A stretch of 64,000 nucleotides of DNA from Fistulifera solaris. Its lineage: Eukaryota. The stretch lies in assembly GCA_030295235.1 (NCBI GenBank), contig AP026130.1:248001-312000 (forward strand), read 5' to 3'. This document shows positions 1 through 10,808 of this stretch, one piece after another. The position numbers were made by a program, and so were the translations under genes. The notes under the pieces were generated by a model, which was given only the letters and a program-made list of their open reading frames with translations, did not search any database and was not told the DNA's origin. Numbering within the stretch: the stretch's first letter is position 1; each line of letters opens with the position of its first letter.

Positions 1-561
1 CATTTCCTTCAAATGCTATCGCTGCGGAACACCGGGACACGTCGAAGCCGATTGTACGGCATTACCGAAAGCCCGTCCGTGTCCACTCTGTGCGCAACTG
101 GATCACGATGTCCGGACCTGTCCCTCGAAAGCCGTCTGTTTCAATTGCGGTGTGCCCGGACATGTTTCACGACAGTGCCCAAAAGCAAGGGTGTACCGCC
201 CCGACGACTCGAGGCCTTGCCCTATACGGCCACGCGCGGGGCCGTGTGTCCCGTGTGTCATCGTGCGGGTCATTTTCTGTGTCAAGAATTCAAGTGGTTT
301 GTGGGACTGCAAGGAGGTATCACGTGTTTCAATTGTGGCCGATTTGGTCACAATGGATTTGATTGTGATCGTGTGCGTCCGGAAGAATGTTTGCATCGGG
401 AGGATTTGGTGTTGACCGAAATCAGTAAAGTTGACAAAGAACAACGGACGGAACAATTGATTCAGGCGGAGCGTCATCGTGAAGCATCACGACAATTGGA
501 AGTGGAACGGCGTCGTGCCAAAAGTGCTCCGCCGTCGCGAAGAGAGCGGTGGCGTAAATAA
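1..561 (+). CDS. Multi-CCHC zinc-knuckle protein (AIR1/2-ZCCHC7 or CNBP-like), 5' partial and frameshifted
   Basis: Several CX2CX4HX4C knuckles across frames (CYRCGTPGHVEADC, CFNCGVPGHVSRQC, CPVCHRAGHFLC, CFNCGRFGHNGFDC), a basic C-terminus, and a stop at 559-561. Confidence 0.7.
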   Translation, partial: HFLQMLSLRNTGTRRSRLYGITESPSVSTLCATGSRCPDLSLESRLFQLRCARTCFTTVPKSKGVPPRRLEALPYTATRGAVCPVCHRAGHFLCQEFKWFVGLQGGITCFNCGRFGHNGFDCDRVRPEECLHREDLVLTEISKVDKEQRTEQLIQAERHREASRQLEVERRRAKSAPPSRRERWRK

Positions 562-639
562 AAATAAACTATATTTTAAGTGGACTAGGCCATCTAAAGA
601 GTGTAAAACATCCGGACATATTATTCTTTTCGATTTTTT

Positions 640-1902
640 TTAACCATCCATCAAACGCGGTATCAAGTTGACTTTGGGAATGTGATCGAACCACAAATAA
701 TCGGCCACTTTGGATTGGGACGCCAGTGTTTCGGGTCCCGTCCCAATTTCGAGTCGCAAAAACCGACTTTTCGACAAGGTATCTTCAGCCGTGGGATTCA
801 ACAAAATGGTCGTGACCGAATCGTCCGTGACTTGGGATTGTCCCAAGAAACGACACAATCGAGGAATGCGTCCATTGATGCCATATAAGAAGCGGACCTG
901 GGTCATGGGAGTGACTGTCACGACCAACGGTGCCGTCCCGTGGGTGGCGGCGTATTTTGCACACGCCGTCGCGGCCGCTTCGTGTTCCAAAATCGTTTGC
1001 GAAAAGAAATTGGCAAAGTCGAGCGACGGTGGTAAATCCTTGATGAGGGATCGATCGGTATAGACTTTGAATTTGGGATCTTGGGGCAACGCAATGAATC
1101 CTTGTGGGTCAATGACGTATTGAGTGCGACGGTCCATGTCGACATTTTGGAGACCCCCCTTTTGGACGGCTTGGATGTCTTGAATTTCGGGAGATAAAGC
1201 AATAAGATCGAGTTTCTTGATTTTGGCCAATTGCCACAGTGGTTGATAGAGTGCTTGTAGAGTCGAATCGACATTGGCTTGGGATAACGCTCGCAGAAGA
1301 TCATCTTCCTGACATTGATTGGACGTATATTGATTCAGCATCGATTGCACACTGTACGGGAACGGCAATCCGAGTGCCGTGTTACTATTACGACGCGACG
1401 CCAGAGTCTCTACAAGATCGACCGCGAATTGAATATCACTGGTGGTAAATTGTTGAGGCAATCCCAAACACACAAAGGTGGGACCCGCTTGCGGTTTGGT
1501 TTTGGTGACCGACTCGATGGTCCCAAAAACGGCCTTGTTGAGCATATTGTTCAAATTGATGGTATCTACAACAATGGCATCTTTGTTCGTCCCGGATCCT
1601 TGCGCGAGTTCTTTTAATATTTGAGTTTGTTGCTGGCTGCGCAAGGGCAAGAGTGTCGGAGGAAGGGTCGAATCGACGCGATACGCGGTCGGGCGAATGG
1701 CGGGTCGATAGTCGGTGGCGGCAGCTATTTGGGGTTTTAATACGACGGTAGAAGCCATTCCCGCCAGCATTTGGCGTCGCGATGGTAGCATATCGAGTGC
1801 AGTGGTGGTTCTCGGGGTAGTGGTGGTGAAAGTTGAAAAACTCTGACTTGGAAGCGTCCATGAACTCCATGACAGTATGAATAATAACCAGTATGTTGAC
1901 AT
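640..1902 (-). CDS. Plastid (probably thylakoid-lumen) protein with a ChaN/TIKI-superfamily haem-binding-uptake-like domain
   Basis: Signal peptide MSTYWLLFILSW...SQS-F, a Thr-rich transit peptide, then twin-Arg SRRQMLAG and an AAA cleavage motif. The body resembles ChaN: ALGLPFP..QSMLNQY, YQPLWQLAK..LDLIAL, NFFSQTILEHEA, YGINGRIPR. Confidence 0.55.
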   Translation of the reverse strand: MSTYWLLFILSWSSWTLPSQSFSTFTTTTPRTTTALDMLPSRRQMLAGMASTVVLKPQIAAATDYRPAIRPTAYRVDSTLPPTLLPLRSQQQTQILKELAQGSGTNKDAIVVDTINLNNMLNKAVFGTIESVTKTKPQAGPTFVCLGLPQQFTTSDIQFAVDLVETLASRRNSNTALGLPFPYSVQSMLNQYTSNQCQEDDLLRALSQANVDSTLQALYQPLWQLAKIKKLDLIALSPEIQDIQAVQKGGLQNVDMDRRTQYVIDPQGFIALPQDPKFKVYTDRSLIKDLPPSLDFANFFSQTILEHEAAATACAKYAATHGTAPLVVTVTPMTQVRFLYGINGRIPRLCRFLGQSQVTDDSVTTILLNPTAEDTLSKSRFLRLEIGTGPETLASQSKVADYLWFDHIPKVNLIPRLMDG

Positions 1903-2309
1903 TCGGAGTGTGATCATCCTGAATAAGACTATCGATTGACTTAAAAATTGCATTTGATTGTGATGTAATATTGAAAAGATCCGGTGGATGATTCTATATC
2001 ATCGGCATGTGATTGTTGTCATGGTGGGCGTTTTTCGTTTTGGTTTGTTTTTGTTGAGGTTTTATTATTTCTCGTTGATCGGAGAACTGACAGACTGACG
2101 TCACAAGGAAAGGTGACTGGAACACAAACACAATTCATACTTAATTGTAAAGGTCACTTTCGGACATCTACCGGGACCTACTACTATCATATTTTTGGAC
2201 AAACGAGACGGAGTCGATCCTATGTCTGTCGTTGTGGTTCTCGATCTGTTGTAATCTAGAACGTCTTGTGTCCGTTGAGGGTCACTGAGCACTGAGCACG
2301 AACAAATAA

Positions 2310-2398
2310 CGAAATAAGGCAGTGGTGTAAAAATTATAACTACAAGTGTTACATCTACCACGGAGGCTTCCCCGTCTGTACTACACTCGGTTATTTCG
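2310..2398 (-). repeat. 3' LTR (89 bp)
   Basis: Identical to 9042-9130. Terminal inverted repeat CGAAATAA...TTATTTCG. Preceded on the minus strand by a purine tract. Confidence 0.95.
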
Positions 2399-2406
2399 GT
2401 CCCCTC
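2399..2406 (-). other. Polypurine tract of the retrotransposon
   Basis: The minus strand reads GAGGGGAC immediately before the 3' LTR. Confidence 0.75.
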
Positions 2407-2522
2407 ACGATGAGACCCGAGCTAGGGCTTCAACGTGTCCTTCATAACCGATAAACCCTTATTTCATGGAAAAACAACATAAAAACCATGACGATTCATT
2501 CATCGAATCCATCCTTCATCAT

Positions 2523-2592
2523 GTGGAAAATACATCAAAACCACACATCGACTTGTCCGTGGAAAATACGTCAAAACCACGTATCAAACTTG
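2523..2592. repeat. Two-copy ~36-bp tandem repeat in the element 3' UTR
   Basis: gtggaaaatacatcaaaaccacacatcgacttg at 2523 and gtggaaaatacgtcaaaaccacgtatcaaacttg at 2559. Confidence 0.8.
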
Positions 2593-2699
2593 AAACTTCA
2601 ATCACTGTACCTGGACGAAAAACTTATCCCCAGGAGGCTCATCCCATCGGAATAGTAAACATAACTACCCAACCAGTGCATCGGGACCTATCGCCTGCA

Positions 2700-5600
2700 T
2701 CACTGATGTAAAATACGCTTCACCAGTGGATCTCGTACATTCCCAGCTTGAATCTTCGTCAGAATATCTGCCAAATTCGTCTTCGTGAGGCTCGTAGGAT
2801 ACATCAACAATACCCATCGCAACTCGCTCACGTGCATAGTGATATGCCACCGAATTGGACTTCTTCTTCAGAACTGATTCAGGAATACTCGAGTTCTTGA
2901 TCACTGACATATTGTCACCTTTGACAACCGCAGGATCTTCTACCGGCACACCCATCATCTGTAGTTTGTACCGTAGACCTTCGATTAACTCGACCGCCGT
3001 TTTCATAGCACTAAACTCAGCACCAAATGTCGACGTCTCAATCAAGTTTGCTTCTTGCTGTACCATACTGTCAATGACCTGTTCAAATAGACCAAGACAC
3101 CTGTACGGGAACGACGAGTAACATGGTCACCCGCCAAGTCAGCATCAACGAAACACGTTATTTGCACAGGCTTACCCAATGGCTTTGGACAATCCGTTGG
3201 AATCATAGGCTTAGCATCTCGGTAAAAGTCATTCCAATCAGGTCTAGGTTGTCTGGCGTGCTCGACATACGAAGGATCGAACACAATCTTAGACCTTTCA
3301 TGTGACCTCAAATATGCAAAGACATGCACAACCGCAGCTAGATGGCCTTTCCTTGGCATTGCACTGTGAGACGCAAGCATCGAAACTTCACCACAAATAT
3401 CAACTCTTCCAAGCTCGACCATCCAGCCGTAAAACCCCTATTTGCGAGTGATAAAACTGGATTTCGTCGTCATCGCACTCCCGGCGATATGTCAAGCTCC
3501 GGACGGTACTTCGGTGGTAAAACACTTGGCGCCTTCTTCGGTAAAGCCTCATCTCGCTTTTCCAACCAAAGACAAACGTTTCGTATTGCTTCCTTCACAT
3601 ATTCATTCGAACTCATCGACCAACAAGGCTTTTCATCACCCGGGAATTGATGCTGACCAATCGTTGAACCCAAGTAGCGAGTTGGCTTGCCTATCGAACC
3701 TTCTTTCAGAAGAAAGTGTTGATCAAGCTTGTATAGAATAGCTTCCGGTGCCACAGAAACACACAGGATGTCATCCGTATAGACCAATACCAACTCGTAG
3801 TAACTAGTCCCATCCGGCTTTCTGTGCCGGCCGTATCCATACATCGTTATCCATTTCGACAAGGTGTAAAACTCAACGACTCATGCAAACACTCACTCAG
3901 ATATGACCTCCACGCAGCTCCAGAACTCTTCAGTCCGTAAAGAGCTTTCACGATTTTCGCCTTTCGACCTTTGAACTGTGGACCAAATTCGGCACCGCAA
4001 ATAATAAAGATTCGTTCTCGAACTGGTGCATTCAAGTACGCATTTCCAATATCTGCCGCCATAATGTCCAAATCGTTCAATGCCGCTAGTAGGAAGGCAA
4101 TCCGCACGCTTTCTCTCGATACAACACTAGCATAGGTAATCGAGCTCGGCGGATCCGTCATATGTCCCCCCTGCTGAGGGCGGGCCTTCCGTGTGAAATC
4201 TGGTTTTATATCAAAAACCATGTGAACCCCAATCTTGGTAAAACCAGCAGGATCGGGAGGCGTCTTCGTCAAGGATCTGAAACGCCTTAGCTACCGCCGC
4301 ATCTCTTCGCGAATCGCCTTCGCCCAAAAGTCAGTTCCCGTAGCGCGATCAATGCCAATGCTTCTTCGACTGTCTTTGGCAATGCGATCCCATATTTCTG
4401 AGTAACACGAAAGTAGCGCTTAGCCATCGCTTTGATGATCCTGGTCCTTCTCTTGAGCGTGTAGGGAACCCACCATGAGAAAGCAGGCTCCTCAGCAATC
4501 TGTCTCGCAACAGCAAATTCCGCTAACTGTAAAGGGTGAGACTGCTTTAGGTCTTTCAGTTTCTCCCAAGTAGTAGTGCCATCATTCCATAGACAACACA
4601 GCTTCCATCCCTTGGTAGTCCGCTTAGGATACTTTCGGTTGTTGTGGATCACGAATGCCTCTTCATGCGGAACCGCGTCGACTCTTTCTTGTAGTCCACT
4701 ATTTCCTTTAGGACATAACTTCGCACGCCCATGGTCATCCACTTCGGCATAGATGGCTTCAGCGATCTGATTCGCATGATAAGCCTCCACTTCACCCGTA
4801 TCAAATTCAATCTCATACAGAGCGGTATCGAGCAAAGGGTTAGGATGGTACCGGCCAATAGGATTCCCGTCTTGATCGTGCTTCCGACCTTTAACCGTGC
4901 CGTCACGACATCGAGTCCCCTTGCGGAAGCATTACCCTTGCTGAGACATATTGATTGTATGAATCGTAATCAAACTCATCAGCTTCCTTTATCTCGGGAA
5001 CCGGGATCTTGCGACTCGGTCGAACATAGTATTCCAACTCTGGGGTGCGCTTCGTCTTCCGGTATCTCGGTCGGATCCAAGGGCATGGCTCGGTCCTTCA
5101 GCTTTTGCTCCAACGTCTCGCGTGAACTTTGCCTTCAACTCAGCAACGGCTTGGCTATTCTGTTCCTCAACTGACAAAGGGAAAACACTTGTACGGGAAA
5201 TCGGTCGACCAGAAGCGGGTAGGATCCTAGCACATAGGACATCACCGACATCGGAAACTGGGACCAAGGTATCTTCCAAGATGCTTCCTTTCCATATTTT
5301 CGTCTTGGTGAGATAAACCAAACCCAATCATACCAACCGAACTCACAAATGTGTGAAATATCAGCGGTGTCCCCTGTCAAAAGCGTCTGCGGCACTTCAC
5401 CATCTAACTGTCTTATGGAAAGACAAGAGTGGCTCCGAACATACGCGTGGTAGACCAAACATAGGTCCCATAGACAACGTGGGGAATTCGTGCGAATCAT
5501 AGCACGCCTATACATCCTTTTCAATTCACGAATGCCGTCTTCAGCGAGGTTGGCGTTAGCGGTGTGCTTCGATCGGCCTAATGGTCGCTTGCACTCGTTA

Positions 5601-6760
5601 AGCCTTTCGCTTAAACTCTCCTGCTGTCAACTCTCCGGCATTGTCCGGAATTAAAGTGTGAGGGACTCCGACGACGAAACAAGTTGTCAAGCGTGTAATG
5701 GGCATCGCTTTTCTTTTCAATCGGGTCCACACATATCCAGTGAAAGGGGGTGCAATACACAGCCGCATATTTGTTACCCAGCAGTGAGACACATGTACCG
5801 ACCAGAATGTCGCAGTACATCTCCGTATTAAGCCGAGGATAACGCAGCTGGTACGCCAAATGGTTTGAGACGGCAGCGTTCCAGAGACTGTCGAGAAGTC
5901 CCGAATTGCCCGTTGCGTCGTTCGCTGGAGGCGTTAAGCCTAGCCGTCTCGAATCCCTATACTCCATCGTTTTGCCAAATCTTCGGGTGTGACATATGCT
6001 TTCCGGTTCTTCGTTGAGATTGCGGCACTTGTAAGCGAAGCAGCATACGAATCGATGTCAAAAGCTGCCGAACCGCTCAGCTGAAATCACAGCAATCGAA
6101 CGAGCTGGCGGGACAAGCGTGCGCTCACTCGTAACCGAACCAAGCATCCTCTGTCCCCCTAAACGAAGCTCAGAGTCAAGGGAAACACGCAATGAGTCCT
6201 CATCATGCTGGCGTGGTTAGAATCCATAGGATCCCAGAACGACTTCGGAGGTGACGTTTACATGGATGCAGTCAACGTCCGAGCTCAGTTCTTTGTCGGT
6301 CGGTCGGCGAGTGGGGAAATATGAAATAGTCCCCATCAGTTTCAAAGGAATCTGGAGAGCTGGCTCAGAAAACAAAATAGAATGGCTCTCCGGGCGACGT
6401 TGTTCCGGGAGGTAGGTGTAGGAGAGGAGTTTCATTCACAACGACTTGGTTGTGCCGAAGTTGAGCGGGGCTGATCAAGTGTCGATGCATGTTTGAAAAG
6501 TAGAGTGACTGGTGAAAGAACAAAACGTGGGTTTGCAGCGTCGTGGGGCAATCGTATGCAACCGCAACTGTACCAATGGGAACTTTGGTCACTTTCCCAA
6601 GAGAACTAATGAATGGTTCCACCGAAACTGTTTCGCCGGTATCATACACGAGAACCGCGTCTTTACCGAACGAGCAAGTATCACAGTGCGAGTCCAATTC
6701 AGCTCTACCAGGAGTCTGTTGTCGCATTGCCGCCGCAACTCGCTGCACCGCCAGTCAAGG
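2700..6760 (-). CDS. pol: Copia pol polyprotein (aspartic protease, integrase, reverse transcriptase, RNase H), split by many frameshifts
   Basis: Protease ELDSHCDTC. Integrase core TLIPDNAGELT and LAEDGIRELKR, followed by a KGWKLCCLWNDGTTTWEKLKDLK chromo-like segment. RT motifs ADIGNAYL, KALYGLKSSG, LVYTDDIL. RNase H motifs FVDADLAGD, ETSTFGAEF, GDNMSV, YHYARE. The exact 3' end is uncertain. Confidence 0.9.
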
Positions 6761-6768
6761 TCGTCGAC

Positions 6769-8162
6769 TCATGCGGTTACCTGTCGACTCAACCACATCG
6801 TCACTATCGGAGTCAGCCGTCTCAACAGCTGAAGCATTTCGCTCTCGGACTTAGCCCTTTCACGAGCATTGCGAACTTCTTCCTGTTTCTCTTTCGGTAA
6901 CTTGATCCACTCCTTCCATTTGTAGTACGGGACACCATCTTTGCCTCTCTTTGCTTTTCCGCCCTTTCCTTTACCAGATTTGCCGCCACCTTTCTTGTTG
7001 TTACCGCCGCCAGAATTTCTGGTAACCGAAGAAATGTTGCGAGTGGAACCACGGGTCTTTGCTGCATCTTGCTTCTTTCTATCAACCTGCTCAGCCAAGT
7101 AGTTCATCGCGTTTTCGAAGGTACTTTCCAACACAGCATCAGCCCGGACGCTCGGCGCTCATCTTTAGTTCATCTGCCCAGATGTTGTCTAGAAAGATTC
7201 GCACCTTCCTATCTTCAGTCATCACCTCACCCGCCTCTTCCAAGTCCAAGAAAGCCAAGTTAAGCTTCTGACAGTAGTCTTCAAAGGTAAAGTTACGCCT
7301 TTCCATCATAGAAGACTGTCGAAAGGACTCGGTCAGCATGAGCAATGTTGCGCTTCTGATAAGAACGCCCCATATAGTGAGTCTTCAAGGCAAAATAAGC
7401 GGCGTCCATCTTTGCTGTAAGCAAAAGGCTTAACCCAATTCCAAGCTGGTCCACCGTGTGAAACCTGACGAATAACGGCTCCACAGCATCATATTGTCTT
7501 CTTCATACTGGTCTCCATCATGGCGAAAGTCACGACGAACAAGTTCCGACATAGCATCAGGGACACCGAAACCTGGATCATCAACCCCTTCGATTCCATC
7601 GGGATCGACATGCTCCCGCACAAGGTGCGACAAAGGCGCACCATAAGCTCCAAGGTGATTGCCAAGTACCTCGTCGATGTCTTCAATCGTCTTCCGAGCG
7701 TTTTCCACCTTCAACAACACATCGATCTTAGGAAGATCTTTGTTGGTCTCACGCATCGGCGAATGCGCTCACGCGAAAGTCCAAGCGTTCCAATCGAGCA
7801 AGAGTTGCAAAGCCAGGAACAAACTTCAGCTGCAAGCGGTGCAAGTGGAAAGGAAGTAGCGAAGCTGACGAACACGGAGCTCAAGATTGACTCCGATCGC
7901 AATACCACGGTTCGGAATCATCGCAGGTACCATCGGTGCAGCCTCCGCTCCAACCGCAGGAGGGACAAAGGCTGGGTTTGGAATCAAACCCCCAGGGTTT
8001 CGAATCTTCGTAAAGATCTCCTGAACGTACTTATCACTCCGGTGCGTCAAGTCGTCAAAGCGCGGTAATGCCTTGGCCATTGATGGCCTGACGAGCTGCC
8101 GCATCCTCAATAAAGAGGACATCACGGAGGTAGTTGTTGAATGCAGCAAGATTGGCTGCCAT
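6769..8162 (-). CDS. gag: Copia gag, frameshifted
   Basis: ATG at 8162 (MAANLAAFNNYLRD...). CoDi-gag-like segments PLSHLVRE, RNFTFEDYCQKL, KVRIFLDNI, FENAMNYL, and YYKWKEWIKLPKEKQEEVR. Confidence 0.8.
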
Positions 8163-9020
8163 CGTAAACAAGGAGAAAGGAGAGAAAGTTCACAAATCGG
8201 AATGCGAGGGAGATAAAAGCGAAGCGGCGTTTCTTTTTCTTTTTGTGTGCGAAACTGCATCGTCGCTAAAACGTTTGCACGAAATTCCGACCCCTTTACT
8301 CTCCCTTCGAGTGTTGTTTACTGTAGGGAACTCCAGTGTAAAGCGCCAAAAGTGCCCTTATGTACGTAAGGCCATTGTACACACTAGGCCCTACAGAACA
8401 ATCGTCCACACCCTCATTTAGCTCTGAATCCGTTCATAGTCAAAAGACAGATCGGCCTAAACAGTATAGAACACGACCTCGGACAGGCCAAAATACACGC
8501 ACAACACGATTTCACTTGCGCAACTTCTCGCGAAATCCGACGATGTTGTGCTTTGACCGCCTCTGGAGGAAAAACATCCCTCCACCATGAGGACTTCGCA
8601 ACAATCGGGTGAATAATTCACTCATTTATGTATTCTAGCATTAAAGGTGTATTAGCATGTATACGAGGCGTCCCCCATATTTTACCGACAAGTGACATAA
8701 TCACTGTGGTCCGATGCATCCATCGACAGAGCCAGAACTGTCAATAAAGGAAAGCAACGGTGCTTCATAAGCGCTAATTACCTCACAAACCCAGCCATCT
8801 AATCAAGACATATGATTAACATGATGACTCCATGGGGTCGACCTTTACATAAGGTCATGATCTCACATTTTCATGTGGACAATTGTCGACTTCCGACAAC
8901 GCCGAGATCATCTCCTTGACCACTCAAGCCCAACAGTTAGTAACACATACATAAGGAACATTACTCTTACGATATTACCATTGTTTTCCTGTGTATTTCA
9001 TCGTTTCAGAGGGATTCATC

Positions 9021-9041
9021 GCGAAACCCCGGTTTTTAACC
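9021..9041 (-). other. Putative primer-binding site, non-canonical
   Basis: Directly inside the 5' LTR the minus strand reads GGTTAAAAACCGGGGTTTCGC. It lacks the TGG that pairs with the tRNA CCA end. Confidence 0.45.
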
Positions 9042-9130
9042 CGAAATAAGGCAGTGGTGTAAAAATTATAACTACAAGTGTTACATCTACCACGGAGGCT
9101 TCCCCGTCTGTACTACACTCGGTTATTTCG
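9042..9130 (-). repeat. 5' LTR (89 bp)
   Basis: Identical to 2310-2398. Followed by ATAA (9131-9134), matching ATAA at 2306-2309. Confidence 0.95.
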
Positions 9131-9303
9131 ATAAACCGTTGCGGCGATGGTGAAGAGTTCGCAACGGGAGACGAGAGGCATTATTCCTCTTTCCTTTTAT
9201 TTTTGGACATTTTGCATTGATTGATCTCTGTTGTTGTGAATATATAATTATTTTCTTTGGCTGAAAAAGGATCATAACTTTGCAGACGACTCGATTCACA
9301 AGA

Positions 9304-10617
9304 ATGCTATCATTCCGAATTATTCTGTTCGCATGCGCTTTCTATTGGACACCATCTTCCGGTCAATCGTCGAAACGGCATGTTTCCATTCTCAATGACT
9401 CGACGTCCCTCAAAGCGCAAGTGAATTGGGTGCATCCCCAAACGGGCGACCGCGTGCCTCTCTCACAAGAATCACTCCGTCCGGGAGGAGAATTTCCGCT
9501 CGATACCTTTGTGGGTCATGAATTGGAATTGCAAGAAATCGATTGTTCGAACGCCTGTCGTCGCACTTCCTTTGTCGTTTCCGAACGCCATCCTGCACTC
9601 GTTCGTTTAGTCGACAATTTTGAACTCGTTTGGCAAGACCCTGCTACCAAAACAACACAAGCCGAGACGTTAGTACAAGACTGTCGAAAACAGGCCCAAC
9701 AACAACCCGATCCCTTGAACTATCTTTCCCAGTGCGTCGAACAAGGCATGGCGGCCGCTTTGGAACAAATTCAACAAGACATTGCCTTTCAAACATCCGT
9801 ACGGACCGATATTGCGCATATGCTCGAAAATTATACCTGTTTGGATGGTTCTTTGGAGTCAACGCCCGATGTTCGTCAAGAAGAATGGCAACATCAACCC
9901 GGTGAACCGGTACTCCAGGTACACATCAAACACGAACGACCCGCCAGTCGCATTCATATGATTGAAGATTTCATTCGTCCCGATGAATGCAAAGCGATGG
10001 AAGAAGCGGCCGCCGTCACATTGCATCGGGCCACCGTCGCCGATGGCAAAGGAGGTTCCCGCGTTTCGGAAAATCGCAAAGCGATGCAAGCCGGTATTAC
10101 CGTGCCCTGGGACAAAGAAATGGACGATCATCCGATTGCTCGATTGAGTCGGCGGGTGTACGATTATACCAATCATGTGTTGGGCTTGAATATTGATGAA
10201 TTTGGACAAGAAGATCTCATGTCCATTCAGTACTTTGGCCGTGGACGCAACGATACGACGCCGGATCGGTATACGCCCCATTGCGATGGAGATTGCACGG
10301 GACAACCGCACAAATCCGGCACGCGGATGGCGACCTTGGTCATGTACTGTGACGTGGCGACCGATGGGGGTCATACCAACTTTCGCAATGCGGGCGTGCA
10401 CGTCAAACCGACCACCGGAGCCGGCATTTTCTTTTCGTACATTGATCCGGACACACTCATCATGGATTCGGGATATACGGAACATTCGGGGTGTCCGGTG
10501 TTTGAAGGAACGAAACGCATTGTCACGCAGTGGGTGCGGTTGGGTGTGGATACGGAAAATCCGTGGGATAGTTACAATACGTTGGGAATCAAAAAGTCGT
10601 TGGCGGAGGAGGAATAA
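9304..10617 (+). CDS. Secretory-pathway prolyl 4-hydroxylase (2OG-Fe(II) dioxygenase) with an N-terminal VHL-beta-like domain
   Basis: Signal peptide MLSFRIILFACAFYW. P4H motifs IEDFIRPDEC, YTPHCD (HxD), RMATLVMY, GGHTNF, EHSGCPVFEGTKRIVTQWVR. Confidence 0.88.
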   Translation: MLSFRIILFACAFYWTPSSGQSSKRHVSILNDSTSLKAQVNWVHPQTGDRVPLSQESLRPGGEFPLDTFVGHELELQEIDCSNACRRTSFVVSERHPALVRLVDNFELVWQDPATKTTQAETLVQDCRKQAQQQPDPLNYLSQCVEQGMAAALEQIQQDIAFQTSVRTDIAHMLENYTCLDGSLESTPDVRQEEWQHQPGEPVLQVHIKHERPASRIHMIEDFIRPDECKAMEEAAAVTLHRATVADGKGGSRVSENRKAMQAGITVPWDKEMDDHPIARLSRRVYDYTNHVLGLNIDEFGQEDLMSIQYFGRGRNDTTPDRYTPHCDGDCTGQPHKSGTRMATLVMYCDVATDGGHTNFRNAGVHVKPTTGAGIFFSYIDPDTLIMDSGYTEHSGCPVFEGTKRIVTQWVRLGVDTENPWDSYNTLGIKKSLAEEE

Positions 10618-10808
10618 TGTGTAGAGCCGATCGTTACGTAATTAGTAGTGGGAGTTGTATTTAGTTGTAAAAAGGTAATTGCTCGATTGTGCGTCAGTCG
10701 TTGTGTTCGTTGTCAGTCTCTCTTTCGTTGTTCCGGCGTGGCTTGACCTGTCGTTTCGGCTAGTTTTCAAAAAAAAATTGGGAAGAACCTACGTGTTGGA
10801 TCCATCAT

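Larger units (their letters stand above)
2310..9130 (-). mobile_element. Full-length Ty1/Copia (CoDi-type) LTR retrotransposon, about 6.8 kb
   Basis: Identical 89-bp direct repeats at both ends, flanked by ATAA on each side. The minus-strand domain order gag-protease-integrase-RT-RNaseH is diagnostic of Copia. Confidence 0.95.

Noticed and set aside
2466..2711. 81-aa plus-strand ORF in the element 3' UTR
   Set aside because: It is largely produced by the 36-bp tandem repeat and has no recognisable domain.
2665..8260. Calling the retrotransposon a decayed pseudogene, or inferring programmed gag-pol frameshifting
   Set aside because: The LTRs are identical and host genes show the same kind of indel noise, so real frameshifts cannot be told apart from errors.
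2310..9130. Treating the 89-bp repeats with 8-bp inverted ends as two independent MITEs or as CRISPR-like repeats
   Set aside because: They bracket gag-pol, have a PPT and PBS-position sequence inside, and share a single TSD outside, so they behave as LTRs. There are only two copies and no spacers.
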